Shown here in pieces: positions 55,953-64,000 of a stretch of DNA of 64,000 nucleotides; positions within the stretch are counted from its first letter, which is position 1, and each line of letters starts with the position of its first letter. Made by a program: the position numbers and the translations under genes. The notes under the pieces are model-generated. The model was not told where the DNA came from. It saw nothing but the letters and a program-made list of their open reading frames with translations, and ran no database searches. This DNA comes from a virus (taxonomy: Duplodnaviria; Caudoviricetes), in IMG/VR virus record IMGVR_UViG_3300021138_001350, positions 2,636 through 66,635 of that record. One strand, written 5' to 3'.

Positions 55953-56296
55953 TATTGTGTTATATTACTTACAGTTAAATAAGTCTGACTTAAATCTACT
56001 ATTTGCTGTCTTAATGAATTAATTTCATCTATTAGAGCTTGTTCTTGTTGACTTACAGTTGTGCCTCCTACATATTGAGAACTTCTTGTTATTAATTCAA
56101 TATGAGAATTAATTGATCCACTTACTGGTATATCATAGAATAATTGATTATAATAATCAAAAAATTGTTGAATAGATATAGTTGAGCTTGGTATAATAGG
56201 AGTAGGAGTTACTAACTCTGAAAAAGTTATATCTATTACTTTATTATACGTGTTTATTCCGTAAACCTGTTTTATTAAATTTACACTTTGTGCCAT
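55952..56296 (-). CDS. hypothetical virion protein
   Basis: TAATG-coupled ORF. Confidence 0.7.
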   Translation of the reverse strand: MAQSVNLIKQVYGINTYNKVIDITFSELVTPTPIIPSSTISIQQFFDYYNQLFYDIPVSGSINSHIELITRSSQYVGGTTVSQQEQALIDEINSLRQQIVDLSQTYLTVSNITQ

Positions 56297-57414
56297 TACC
56301 TAACAATTTTAAAAATCAAGTCACTATCTATGTTTATACTTTCTTGAGTTGATGGTACTACTGTTTTTACTAAGAGTTTATAATATCTTTCAGGCTCCAA
56401 TCCATTCATATATAAATTAAAATAGTTGTATACGCCATCAGAACTAATTTTTGTATAATTAGTATCAAAATCTATAACCATTTCTTCTGTTTTATAATCT
56501 TGTATTGCCCAATAAGAACTTGAAGGTAATAAAAGGGTATTTAAATATATTGAAGAAGTTACAAACTGACGAGTAGGAAATGTTTTTCTTGTTGCTAATT
56601 TTACTCTATACTGTTGTGTGCCGTATTTAAATTCACTTTTATTATTTGCAAAGTTAACTACGAAATCATCATCTGAAATGATTGAACCAGTTATATAATT
56701 ACTATCATCCCACTTAAATTCTAATGTAGGAGGATATATTGTATGAGTGTCTGTGCTAAAAAATTTAGTTTCTATATAAGATCCTGAATTTATTTCTATA
56801 TTTGGAGCATGTCTAACTAAAATTCCATTATTTGCATATATAGAATAATACCAGCCTTTAAATATGTTTGTAACATCTACATTAATATCTTTATTATCAG
56901 AATATCCAAAACTTTGAGTAGAATATGCAAATCCACTAGATGTAGGAATATATGATCCACCTCCTGGAACTGTGTAATAATTAGTAACTGCTGTCCAACT
57001 AGCGCTAGATCCTGTGACATACGCATTAGGTGAATTCCAACAAACTCCATTAATAGTATCAGGATAGTCTCCAAATTTGCCTGTACCCATATCCCATGAT
57101 TGATTCATTGAATGAAAATAAAGAGAATACGTAGTAGACAAGTTTTCAGCATTAGCTAAATATAATCTTAGACTTGTTTGAAAATTTGAATTTCCAGAAG
57201 GATTTAGTGCATTAATTGTAGCTATATCAGAATCTGAAAATTTTATTATTGATCTTCTAATATCTTCTGTTGTATGAGATAGATATCTACCATTAATAGA
57301 AGCTCCATAATTTTTAACTCCAACTTCTAATATTTCATCTAATCCTGTATTTTTACCTATATCTGAAGAATAGATTGAGGCGTCAGCTGATGCGAATATT
57401 TTATATACTGCCAT
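56296..57414 (-). CDS. virion protein with DNRLRE-like domain
   Basis: DASIYS...NTGLDEILE...RSIIKF...SWDMGTG...VDVT...NNG...P.LE. Confidence 0.65.
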   Translation of the reverse strand: MAVYKIFASADASIYSSDIGKNTGLDEILEVGVKNYGASINGRYLSHTTEDIRRSIIKFSDSDIATINALNPSGNSNFQTSLRLYLANAENLSTTYSLYFHSMNQSWDMGTGKFGDYPDTINGVCWNSPNAYVTGSSASWTAVTNYYTVPGGGSYIPTSSGFAYSTQSFGYSDNKDINVDVTNIFKGWYYSIYANNGILVRHAPNIEINSGSYIETKFFSTDTHTIYPPTLEFKWDDSNYITGSIISDDDFVVNFANNKSEFKYGTQQYRVKLATRKTFPTRQFVTSSIYLNTLLLPSSSYWAIQDYKTEEMVIDFDTNYTKISSDGVYNYFNLYMNGLEPERYYKLLVKTVVPSTQESINIDSDLIFKIVR

Positions 57415-57424
57415 TGTTTATTGA

Positions 57425-59284
57425 TTAAAATGTTACTACACGACCTTGAATATCTTTATTAGGATACAAAACTTCGAATATGCAGGGATCTAATGAAGGA
57501 TATATAACGTTATTTACAGTTGCTCCTGCTATATCATAAGCATATTGAGAATAGGTATTTCCTGTAGAATCTACTAAATTGCTTATTGTAATATTTTTAA
57601 CTGTTTGTACGCCTTGTACTTGATCTAATAAAGAATATATATTTGTTAATATTATGGGTTGATTTATTTGCCAATTACCTATATTAAAAAAGTTTTGTAA
57701 TGTAGTTATGCATCTTGAAACTACGTCTTGTCCATTATAATTAGGAAGTATAACTATATCAAAATTAATCCCAATATTAACTATGTATGCAGATAATATT
57801 TTTATTGCATCTGTTAACATTCTATAATCTTGTAAATAAGTTTGAATATTTTGAAGTAATGCAGGAGATGGTTGTGCTAAATTTCCATTAGTATCTAATC
57901 CAAGAGTATATAGTGATATTAATAATTGATTTTGTTTAGCGCCTGTGTTTCCAATATAATTAGAAAATGTTTGATCATCTTTAGTTACATATGCTTTTGA
58001 AACTTTGCCATATATAGGAGGCATACATAATACTCGAGCTAAATAATCTTGTTGAGTTACAGCTCTCCATTGAGTTGGAAATTCTGCTAATGTATTCATT
58101 CTAATTTCTTCAACTGTATCACCATCCCCACCTCCAACTGAAGAACTAACATTATTAGTAATTACAGTATTATTATAAGATGTATTATTTCCAGTAAAAT
58201 TAAAAGAACTTACTTTTGTTAATTCGCCGATTGATACATTAGAAGATGCACCACCACCAGATAAATAATTAAATGTAATTGTAGTATTTGATGGAGCTAA
58301 TCCATAGGTTTGAGTAGTTACAAAATTAGTAGGATCCCAAGAACTAGATAAATAACTTAATCCTCCACCAGTAAAACCAACATTAACATTATTTGGATTT
58401 GGTAATAGTGAAGCATCAGCAACAGAATTAATTCCAGATCCAAATTCTATTTCTAAAGTATTATCAGATCTAAATCTTGATACAAATCTTCTAGGAACAG
58501 ATTGTTTTTGTATTATATAAGGTACTTGATTTTGATATTGATTTAAAGCAGGAAAATTTGCTGCTGTATTGGCTACTGGAGTTAGAATATAATCTTGAGC
58601 CAAATAAGGTACTTCATACCAAGCATTACCATTTGAGTCTATAGCACTTATAATCGATATAATATTAGAATCATTAATAGTAACAGTTGAAAATCTTTGA
58701 GAAGTACCAAAACTAAAATTTTGTGTTTTAACTTGACCAGATATTGCTTTTCTAGTTTTCTTTAATAAATAAGTTTGAGGATTATTTCCACTTAATTGAT
58801 ATATAGAAACATTAGTTGGATCAAGAGATGAAGATACTGTAAAATCTATAGAATCTCCAATAAAAAAGTATGTACTACTATTTAAATTAGATTGAACTTG
58901 CATTCCTTGTTGAATAGTTAAAGCATAACTAAAATCAGGAAAAGGTTGCCCTCCTAAAGTCACAACAGGAACTTGTTGATAAACATCTAAATTTACTATA
59001 GCCGAAGAAATAACTTTTGGTCTATACCCCAACATATACGCTAAAGTATATAAGTTATTTGGCTGTTTAGCATACTGTAAAAAAGTTTCTTGTAGTTGAT
59101 TATCTAAATAAAATGATAATACATCTCCAACATAGGCAGCCATTTCTATGAACATTGTACCTGGGGATGCTTGACTGAAATCATTATATACAGTAGGATA
59201 ATAAGATTTTGCGTATTCAATCAAATCAGATTTGAAAGAAGTAAAATTCTTATTTAAATATGTGACGTCTATTTGGTTAGGCAT
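57425..59284 (-). CDS. baseplate wedge subunit (T4 gp6 / baseplate J-like)
   Basis: KNFTSFKSDLIEY, FIEMAAYVGDVLSFYLD, LAYMLGY.P, IEFGSG, GGGDGDTVEEIR, RAVTQQDY. Confidence 0.88.
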   Translation of the reverse strand: MPNQIDVTYLNKNFTSFKSDLIEYAKSYYPTVYNDFSQASPGTMFIEMAAYVGDVLSFYLDNQLQETFLQYAKQPNNLYTLAYMLGYRPKVISSAIVNLDVYQQVPVVTLGGQPFPDFSYALTIQQGMQVQSNLNSSTYFFIGDSIDFTVSSSLDPTNVSIYQLSGNNPQTYLLKKTRKAISGQVKTQNFSFGTSQRFSTVTINDSNIISIISAIDSNGNAWYEVPYLAQDYILTPVANTAANFPALNQYQNQVPYIIQKQSVPRRFVSRFRSDNTLEIEFGSGINSVADASLLPNPNNVNVGFTGGGLSYLSSSWDPTNFVTTQTYGLAPSNTTITFNYLSGGGASSNVSIGELTKVSSFNFTGNNTSYNNTVITNNVSSSVGGGDGDTVEEIRMNTLAEFPTQWRAVTQQDYLARVLCMPPIYGKVSKAYVTKDDQTFSNYIGNTGAKQNQLLISLYTLGLDTNGNLAQPSPALLQNIQTYLQDYRMLTDAIKILSAYIVNIGINFDIVILPNYNGQDVVSRCITTLQNFFNIGNWQINQPIILTNIYSLLDQVQGVQTVKNITISNLVDSTGNTYSQYAYDIAGATVNNVIYPSLDPCIFEVLYPNKDIQGRVVTF

Positions 59285-59285
59285 C

Positions 59286-59699
59286 TTATGCGTTTTGTAT
59301 GTTTATAGTCGCAGTATCATTTTGATTTGTACCCAATAAAAAATAACTAAGTGTTATAGTTACTGAATTATGATCAGGGTCACCTAAAAAAGATAGTTCT
59401 GTTACTTGTATGTTAGGAAAATATGATTGTATTTTATTAGTTAATGATAATTTTAATTCATCTAAAGATAAATTTGTTATTTGATCAAATAAAGACTTTC
59501 TAAGACTAGCCCCAAAATTTGGATTCATCGGTCTTTCACCAGCATCAGTTAATAAAAAATTAATTAAATTATATTTTGTTTGTTCTTGCGAAGTATAAAC
59601 TGGTGTAAATACATTTGGAGCAGCAAAAGGTATTTTAACTCCTAAAGATATTGAAGGCCTAAAATCTAAAGCTGGTATTTTTGCTAATCCGTATGCCAT
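59286..59699 (-). CDS. baseplate protein, gp25/GPW-like
   Basis: NLINFLLTDAGERPMNPNFGASL. Confidence 0.88.
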   Translation of the reverse strand: MAYGLAKIPALDFRPSISLGVKIPFAAPNVFTPVYTSQEQTKYNLINFLLTDAGERPMNPNFGASLRKSLFDQITNLSLDELKLSLTNKIQSYFPNIQVTELSFLGDPDHNSVTITLSYFLLGTNQNDTATINIQNA

Positions 59700-59700
59700 A

Positions 59701-60231
59701 TTACATTATTCCTTTTTTAATCATTTTTTGCATTAAATCAGTAAAATCTGGAACTTGATTAACTTGTACCATTTCTACAGCTGAACTTGGTCTAGATGAT
59801 GCTAACATTCCATCAACACTTCCAACAGGCGCATCAATATTTTGAATAAAACTCATAGGATCCATTTCGACTTCAGGAGAAGCAAAAGCAAAATTATCAT
59901 CTTCCATCATATTATTTGCGGTTTCTGCTAATAATTGATTAATTGGATTATTTGGTTTTCCTACAAAAGTTCGATTATATTGCTGAGCTGGATTAAATGG
60001 AGTCTCATTTAAAGTACCTGGAATAGCTATTGGCCTTTGTTGAGGTTTATCTTTAATCACTTTTTTATCTTGTGGATTAATAGTTTGTTTAGATTTTGAT
60101 TCCAATAATCTATTTTGCTTAGCAAGAGCTTCCATTATCAAAACGGGCATCTCTTCTCTAATAGCATTTTTTACTTCCTCTCTTATAAGGATCCTTAATT
60201 TAGCTAAAGCGCTTGTTTTTTTAGTTGCCAT
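59701..60231 (-). CDS. hypothetical late protein
   Basis: LRILIREEVKNAIREE N-terminus; ATATTTAT upstream. Confidence 0.7.
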   Translation of the reverse strand: MATKKTSALAKLRILIREEVKNAIREEMPVLIMEALAKQNRLLESKSKQTINPQDKKVIKDKPQQRPIAIPGTLNETPFNPAQQYNRTFVGKPNNPINQLLAETANNMMEDDNFAFASPEVEMDPMSFIQNIDAPVGSVDGMLASSRPSSAVEMVQVNQVPDFTDLMQKMIKKGIM

Positions 60232-60258
60232 ATTGTATAAATATCAATTTGTTTAAAA

Positions 60259-62100
60259 TTATCCTTTATTTGCTGACATTAGATTTTGTTGAAGTTGTGC
60301 AGTCGCTTGTGCCATTGCCTTTCTCATACGTCTTCTAAGAGCTTTTCCGCCTTTTTGCTTATTCATAAATGCGTTTAATCCAAGTCCTACATCTTCATCC
60401 TCATTATCAGGAGGATCTACTTGAGTATCTATATTACTTAAGAAATCTAATGATTGTGTATTATCTTCTATGTAAGATAAAGCTTCTTGAATAGTTGCTA
60501 ATTGATCTCTACTTAAAGATGAATTTGGTATTTGCACAAGTTTTTTAGATTCTAATAAAAGTTGAACTTCTTCTATTATAATATTGTCATTGGAAGCATA
60601 TGTAGGAGTAGAATGTACTACTTCAAATCCATTAGAATCAAGAGCAATCCCATATCTTCTAAATATTTTTACATTAGGATTTAATAATTGTTCAGATATA
60701 ATTTGAATAGTATATCCACCAAATGTAGTATTTGCAGTATTTTTCTTTTTTTGACTATTTTTTACAAAATTATTTAATTGACCAATTAATCCTATTGTGG
60801 GTATTTGAGCAGTAGAGTCTCCATTTAAATGAACTAACGTAGCTTTTAAACTATCAACTAGTCCAGTAGGCGCATTTTGGCAAGATTCAAGATTAATTAT
60901 AATAATATTCAAACTTTGAACTACTTGATTTAAATCTCCTGAAATGCTTGAAACTAAATTTACCATCAATGATAAAAAATCATTTAATGCAGCTATATCT
61001 AATAAAATCTTATCTAAAAAAGAATTTATTTTTGCTGCAGCGCCTGCTACAGTAGTTGTAATACCAACTATTGTAAATTCATTTGGTATTGGAAGTTTAC
61101 CTAAAAAAGAAACAATGGTAGAAAAAACTTTAACTAAACCTGCTGCTATATTTACATAGGTTTGACAAGTTCTTATAGTAGATAATATCATACTACAAAA
61201 CCTCTCTATTGAAACACATTGTTGCTGTATATTTTGTAAACTCGGTACTAATTTAGTTAGAGAATTGCCTAAAACGCTGTTTAATTGTGCTAATTGAGCC
61301 TGAACTAAAGAATTAGTTAATACAGCGGCTTCAGCTAATGCTGCAGACGCTATTGCACTTTGAGGATTTTTTACGTTTATAGCCTGTATTCTAACGCACG
61401 TTGTTCTTATATTATTTAAAAAAACTAAAACTTTTTTAAGATCAGTATTAGAAGTAAGTTGTATTCCTCCTACAGAAGTTTTATTTTTTAAACTATTTAT
61501 ACTAACTGTATTTAAATCTTCATTTGATATATTAACTGCGGTTACATATGTGTTTAAAAAAATAATAGCACTACTTACAAATATATTAATTACATTTAAA
61601 GTTGGAAATGCTGTAGTAATAGTAGGATCTACTATATTTGCTTGACTTTTTGGATCATTTAAATTTTTTAATCTTATTACTACATCTCCGATTAAAGCAA
61701 TTAGATCTGACATATTAACTTCTTGTCCATTTGCGGCATTATAGTTATCTATTTCTAATTGAATTTCGTAAGCGGCCTTTTGAATTAACCAACCCTTTTG
61801 AGTAATTACTGAAGGGAATTGTTGTTTATTGGGAGGATTGTTTGGATCAAATTTATACCCTTGTATATTAGATAATAAATTTGCTTCATACGCTAAAATA
61901 GAACAAAGATCTACTGAAGCTAGTAAATTAATCACGCCTAAAACTCCAATATCCTTAATTCTCTCATTAATTCCTGCTGTCTTTAATTCACCAGGAGATA
62001 AGGTTTGAGTACCATTAAACACAGTGTCAATATTCGAATAAATCGTGTCTATTGTTTCATTAGCAGACTTGATTGCTCCTTCAAATATTCCTCCTGCCAT
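60259..62100 (-). CDS. helical virion-region protein
   Basis: 613-aa ORF in structural operon. Confidence 0.7.
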   Translation of the reverse strand: MAGGIFEGAIKSANETIDTIYSNIDTVFNGTQTLSPGELKTAGINERIKDIGVLGVINLLASVDLCSILAYEANLLSNIQGYKFDPNNPPNKQQFPSVITQKGWLIQKAAYEIQLEIDNYNAANGQEVNMSDLIALIGDVVIRLKNLNDPKSQANIVDPTITTAFPTLNVINIFVSSAIIFLNTYVTAVNISNEDLNTVSINSLKNKTSVGGIQLTSNTDLKKVLVFLNNIRTTCVRIQAINVKNPQSAIASAALAEAAVLTNSLVQAQLAQLNSVLGNSLTKLVPSLQNIQQQCVSIERFCSMILSTIRTCQTYVNIAAGLVKVFSTIVSFLGKLPIPNEFTIVGITTTVAGAAAKINSFLDKILLDIAALNDFLSLMVNLVSSISGDLNQVVQSLNIIIINLESCQNAPTGLVDSLKATLVHLNGDSTAQIPTIGLIGQLNNFVKNSQKKKNTANTTFGGYTIQIISEQLLNPNVKIFRRYGIALDSNGFEVVHSTPTYASNDNIIIEEVQLLLESKKLVQIPNSSLSRDQLATIQEALSYIEDNTQSLDFLSNIDTQVDPPDNEDEDVGLGLNAFMNKQKGGKALRRRMRKAMAQATAQLQQNLMSANKG

Positions 62101-62102
62101 AA

Positions 62103-62549
62103 TTAATTATTTTTTTGTATAAATACTTTTTGTGATCGAGTAGAATTTTGTATTGCGTTTCTTATTCTAGGTAAATTTTTAGATATTTTACTAGCAGGTG
62201 CACTTAAATTAGATCTAAGAGTATTTAAATCAGAATATTGTACTTCTTTTGATTTATTAAAAAATTCTATTAATCCATCTATAAGTAATAATAATTCATT
62301 TACCAATGTATCACCTAATAAAACAGGTTCACCAAATTCACTTTGATCAGCATTCTTACTTCCTAACAATGTTTTAGGTGAACTAATGATAAATTTATCA
62401 TTAGCATCTATATTAACTGTATGTTGACTAGATAAACTTACAGCTTGATTTCCAAAAATAAATACTGCATCTTTATCTCCTAATAAAGTTACTCTTTCTG
62501 AAGAAATAATTGCTTGACTTCCTGTATATGGAAATATTGGAGCGTACAT
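62103..62549 (-). CDS. baseplate spike/hub C-terminal-like protein
   Basis: QAIISSERV beta-strand repeats; EPVLLGD.L. Confidence 0.55.
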   Translation of the reverse strand: MYAPIFPYTGSQAIISSERVTLLGDKDAVFIFGNQAVSLSSQHTVNIDANDKFIISSPKTLLGSKNADQSEFGEPVLLGDTLVNELLLLIDGLIEFFNKSKEVQYSDLNTLRSNLSAPASKISKNLPRIRNAIQNSTRSQKVFIQKNN

Positions 62550-63487
62550 TATTGTATAGTATTAGTTGAGGTTTTAAATGCAACTTCATCTTGGGCTACT
62601 GCATCTATAGTTTCATTAGAAATTGGAGATTGATAATAAGATGTAATTACGTTTTGTTCTTGTGTCACAAATTGTACTCCGTCAAATGAATTTAATGGAT
62701 AATTAATTATAGAATCTATTATTATTTTTTGTCCAGCAGTCAAATAAATAGAGGAATTGTCTGAATTTATATCTTCTACTGTGGTTGCAAATTTATCATT
62801 AGGATTTGTTGGATTACCTTGTCCATTTCTTATAATAGTAATTGGATCTCCATTTTTACCAGAATCAGACCAGTGATTGTATTTTAACATGGCTGGTATA
62901 GTTGATCCAAATCTTATAGATTGACCGAATCGTGATTCTATTATTGTGTCTCCTTCAAACGGAGTTAATGGTCTAATTACATCATTTTCACCAAAAGTAT
63001 AACCTTTTGGCATTTCATATTGCACTGTATTTTTAGAAGAATTATAATTGCCTTTAGATTTTTGATTGTTCATATATTGAGCAAATTCATCTAAATTTGG
63101 AAAAGCATTATGATTAACTGCATTCCATGTAGAATATGCCGGCATATAGTATAATTTTCTATTAGCCATATCATCATTCATATCTGGAGATGGACCAGGA
63201 ACTATATAAACTATTTCATGAATTACTGGTAGTTGTTTTATAAAACTAAACATTGGATATGCAGACTTAGAAACTCCTCCCATAGATAATATCACAGGAG
63301 AATATAAAATATCAAAAGTAATTTTGCCTATATCACCGTATCCTGTGAAATTAGAATCTTTAATATTTAATTCACCTTGTTTTATAGGACCTAACACAAT
63401 GTCTTTTACCCTACCAATTATATATCCAGGGCCTAAATTAGAGTTATCTTGAATTTGATTATTAGGATTGCCTAAAATACCGGCCAT
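62549..63487 (-). CDS. baseplate hub/spike (gp5/VgrG-like) N-terminal protein
   Basis: GRV..I, GKI, AYP...LP.IHE.V OB-fold; EGDTIIESRFGQSIRFGS. Confidence 0.6.
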   Translation of the reverse strand: MAGILGNPNNQIQDNSNLGPGYIIGRVKDIVLGPIKQGELNIKDSNFTGYGDIGKITFDILYSPVILSMGGVSKSAYPMFSFIKQLPVIHEIVYIVPGPSPDMNDDMANRKLYYMPAYSTWNAVNHNAFPNLDEFAQYMNNQKSKGNYNSSKNTVQYEMPKGYTFGENDVIRPLTPFEGDTIIESRFGQSIRFGSTIPAMLKYNHWSDSGKNGDPITIIRNGQGNPTNPNDKFATTVEDINSDNSSIYLTAGQKIIIDSIINYPLNSFDGVQFVTQEQNVITSYYQSPISNETIDAVAQDEVAFKTSTNTIQ

Positions 63488-63495
63488 CTTTTAAA

Positions 63496-63855
63496 TTATT
63501 TATCGGTTATTTGTTTTACTGTAGAATTAACAGCATTAACCTCTTTCATCAATTGTTCAATGTCTTTTTCTGATAGAAGTCCATCCATAGTTTCAGATTC
63601 TTTTTGAGCAGCTTGAGAAGCTTTTTGAAATAAAGCTAATAATTTAACTAAAACCTCATCATTTTTTAAACTAGAATCGATTAATCCTTTAATTTGTGGC
63701 ATTAAAACAATAGCATCTCCAGGTCCTTCAATCATTTCAGATATCTGCTCTATTTTTTCTTGTATAGTAGAATCTTGATTGTGTTGTCTATTATAAACTT
63801 CTTGTACGAGATCAGATAATTTTTTACCTGGGAATATCTCTTTATCTAATTCCAT
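63496..63855 (-). CDS. hypothetical protein
   Basis: ORF preceded by ATATTTAT (63870-63877, - strand). Confidence 0.7.
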   Translation of the reverse strand: MELDKEIFPGKKLSDLVQEVYNRQHNQDSTIQEKIEQISEMIEGPGDAIVLMPQIKGLIDSSLKNDEVLVKLLALFQKASQAAQKESETMDGLLSEKDIEQLMKEVNAVNSTVKQITDK

Positions 63856-64000
63856 GCTTATATTTAGATATAAATATCATGATCGTGGTTTTCTATTTGA
63901 TTGCCCGGCAACCTACAAGCTACATTTCTGCAAGGTGTAAACGTGAACGAATACAACCCATTTGAAAATTACGATAAATATCAGCAGTTAGCGCCTGTGC

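Noticed and set aside
1-64000. Genome-wide stop-codon recoding (TGA=Trp or TAG=Gln)
   Set aside because: Long genes are intact in code 11, Trp is encoded by TGG, and TGA/TAG end several coupled genes; only one internal TGA was seen
63878-64000. GC-richer segment with TTGCC-C-GGCAA palindrome at the window end
   Set aside because: Truncated by the window; cannot distinguish a - strand gene end from an ncRNA

Overview
AT-rich fragment of a large tailed dsDNA phage. The baseplate genes are myovirus-like, and a Bacteroidota host is likely given the A-rich leaders without Shine-Dalgarno sites and the TAnATTTA promoter-like elements. Positions 1-43.6 kb (+ strand) hold mostly small early/accessory ORFs: HNH and GIY-YIG nucleases, a GNAT, an RNA-repair-like cluster (two metallophosphoesterases, a P-loop kinase, a nucleotidyltransferase and a DRB0094-type RNA ligase), DenV, RyR-domain and DUF932 proteins, one tRNA-Leu and two tandem aGPT-Pplase-like DNA-modification genes. 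Positions 43.7-63.9 kb (- strand) are a virion/baseplate module that includes a protein with about 130 S/T/P hexapeptide repeats. The main non-obvious signals are a complete type I hammerhead ribozyme (4382-4433), a ~180-nt rod-closed ncRNA candidate with repeated UUCAA-like units behind a DIP1984-like gene, nine IHF-like 20-mers in three promoter-proximal regions, genes built from shuffled micro-modules, a candidate -1 frameshift into a DUF551 domain, and late-motif-linked proteins sharing an N-terminal L/I-x-E signal. All family assignments come from motifs recognised by eye, not from database searches.
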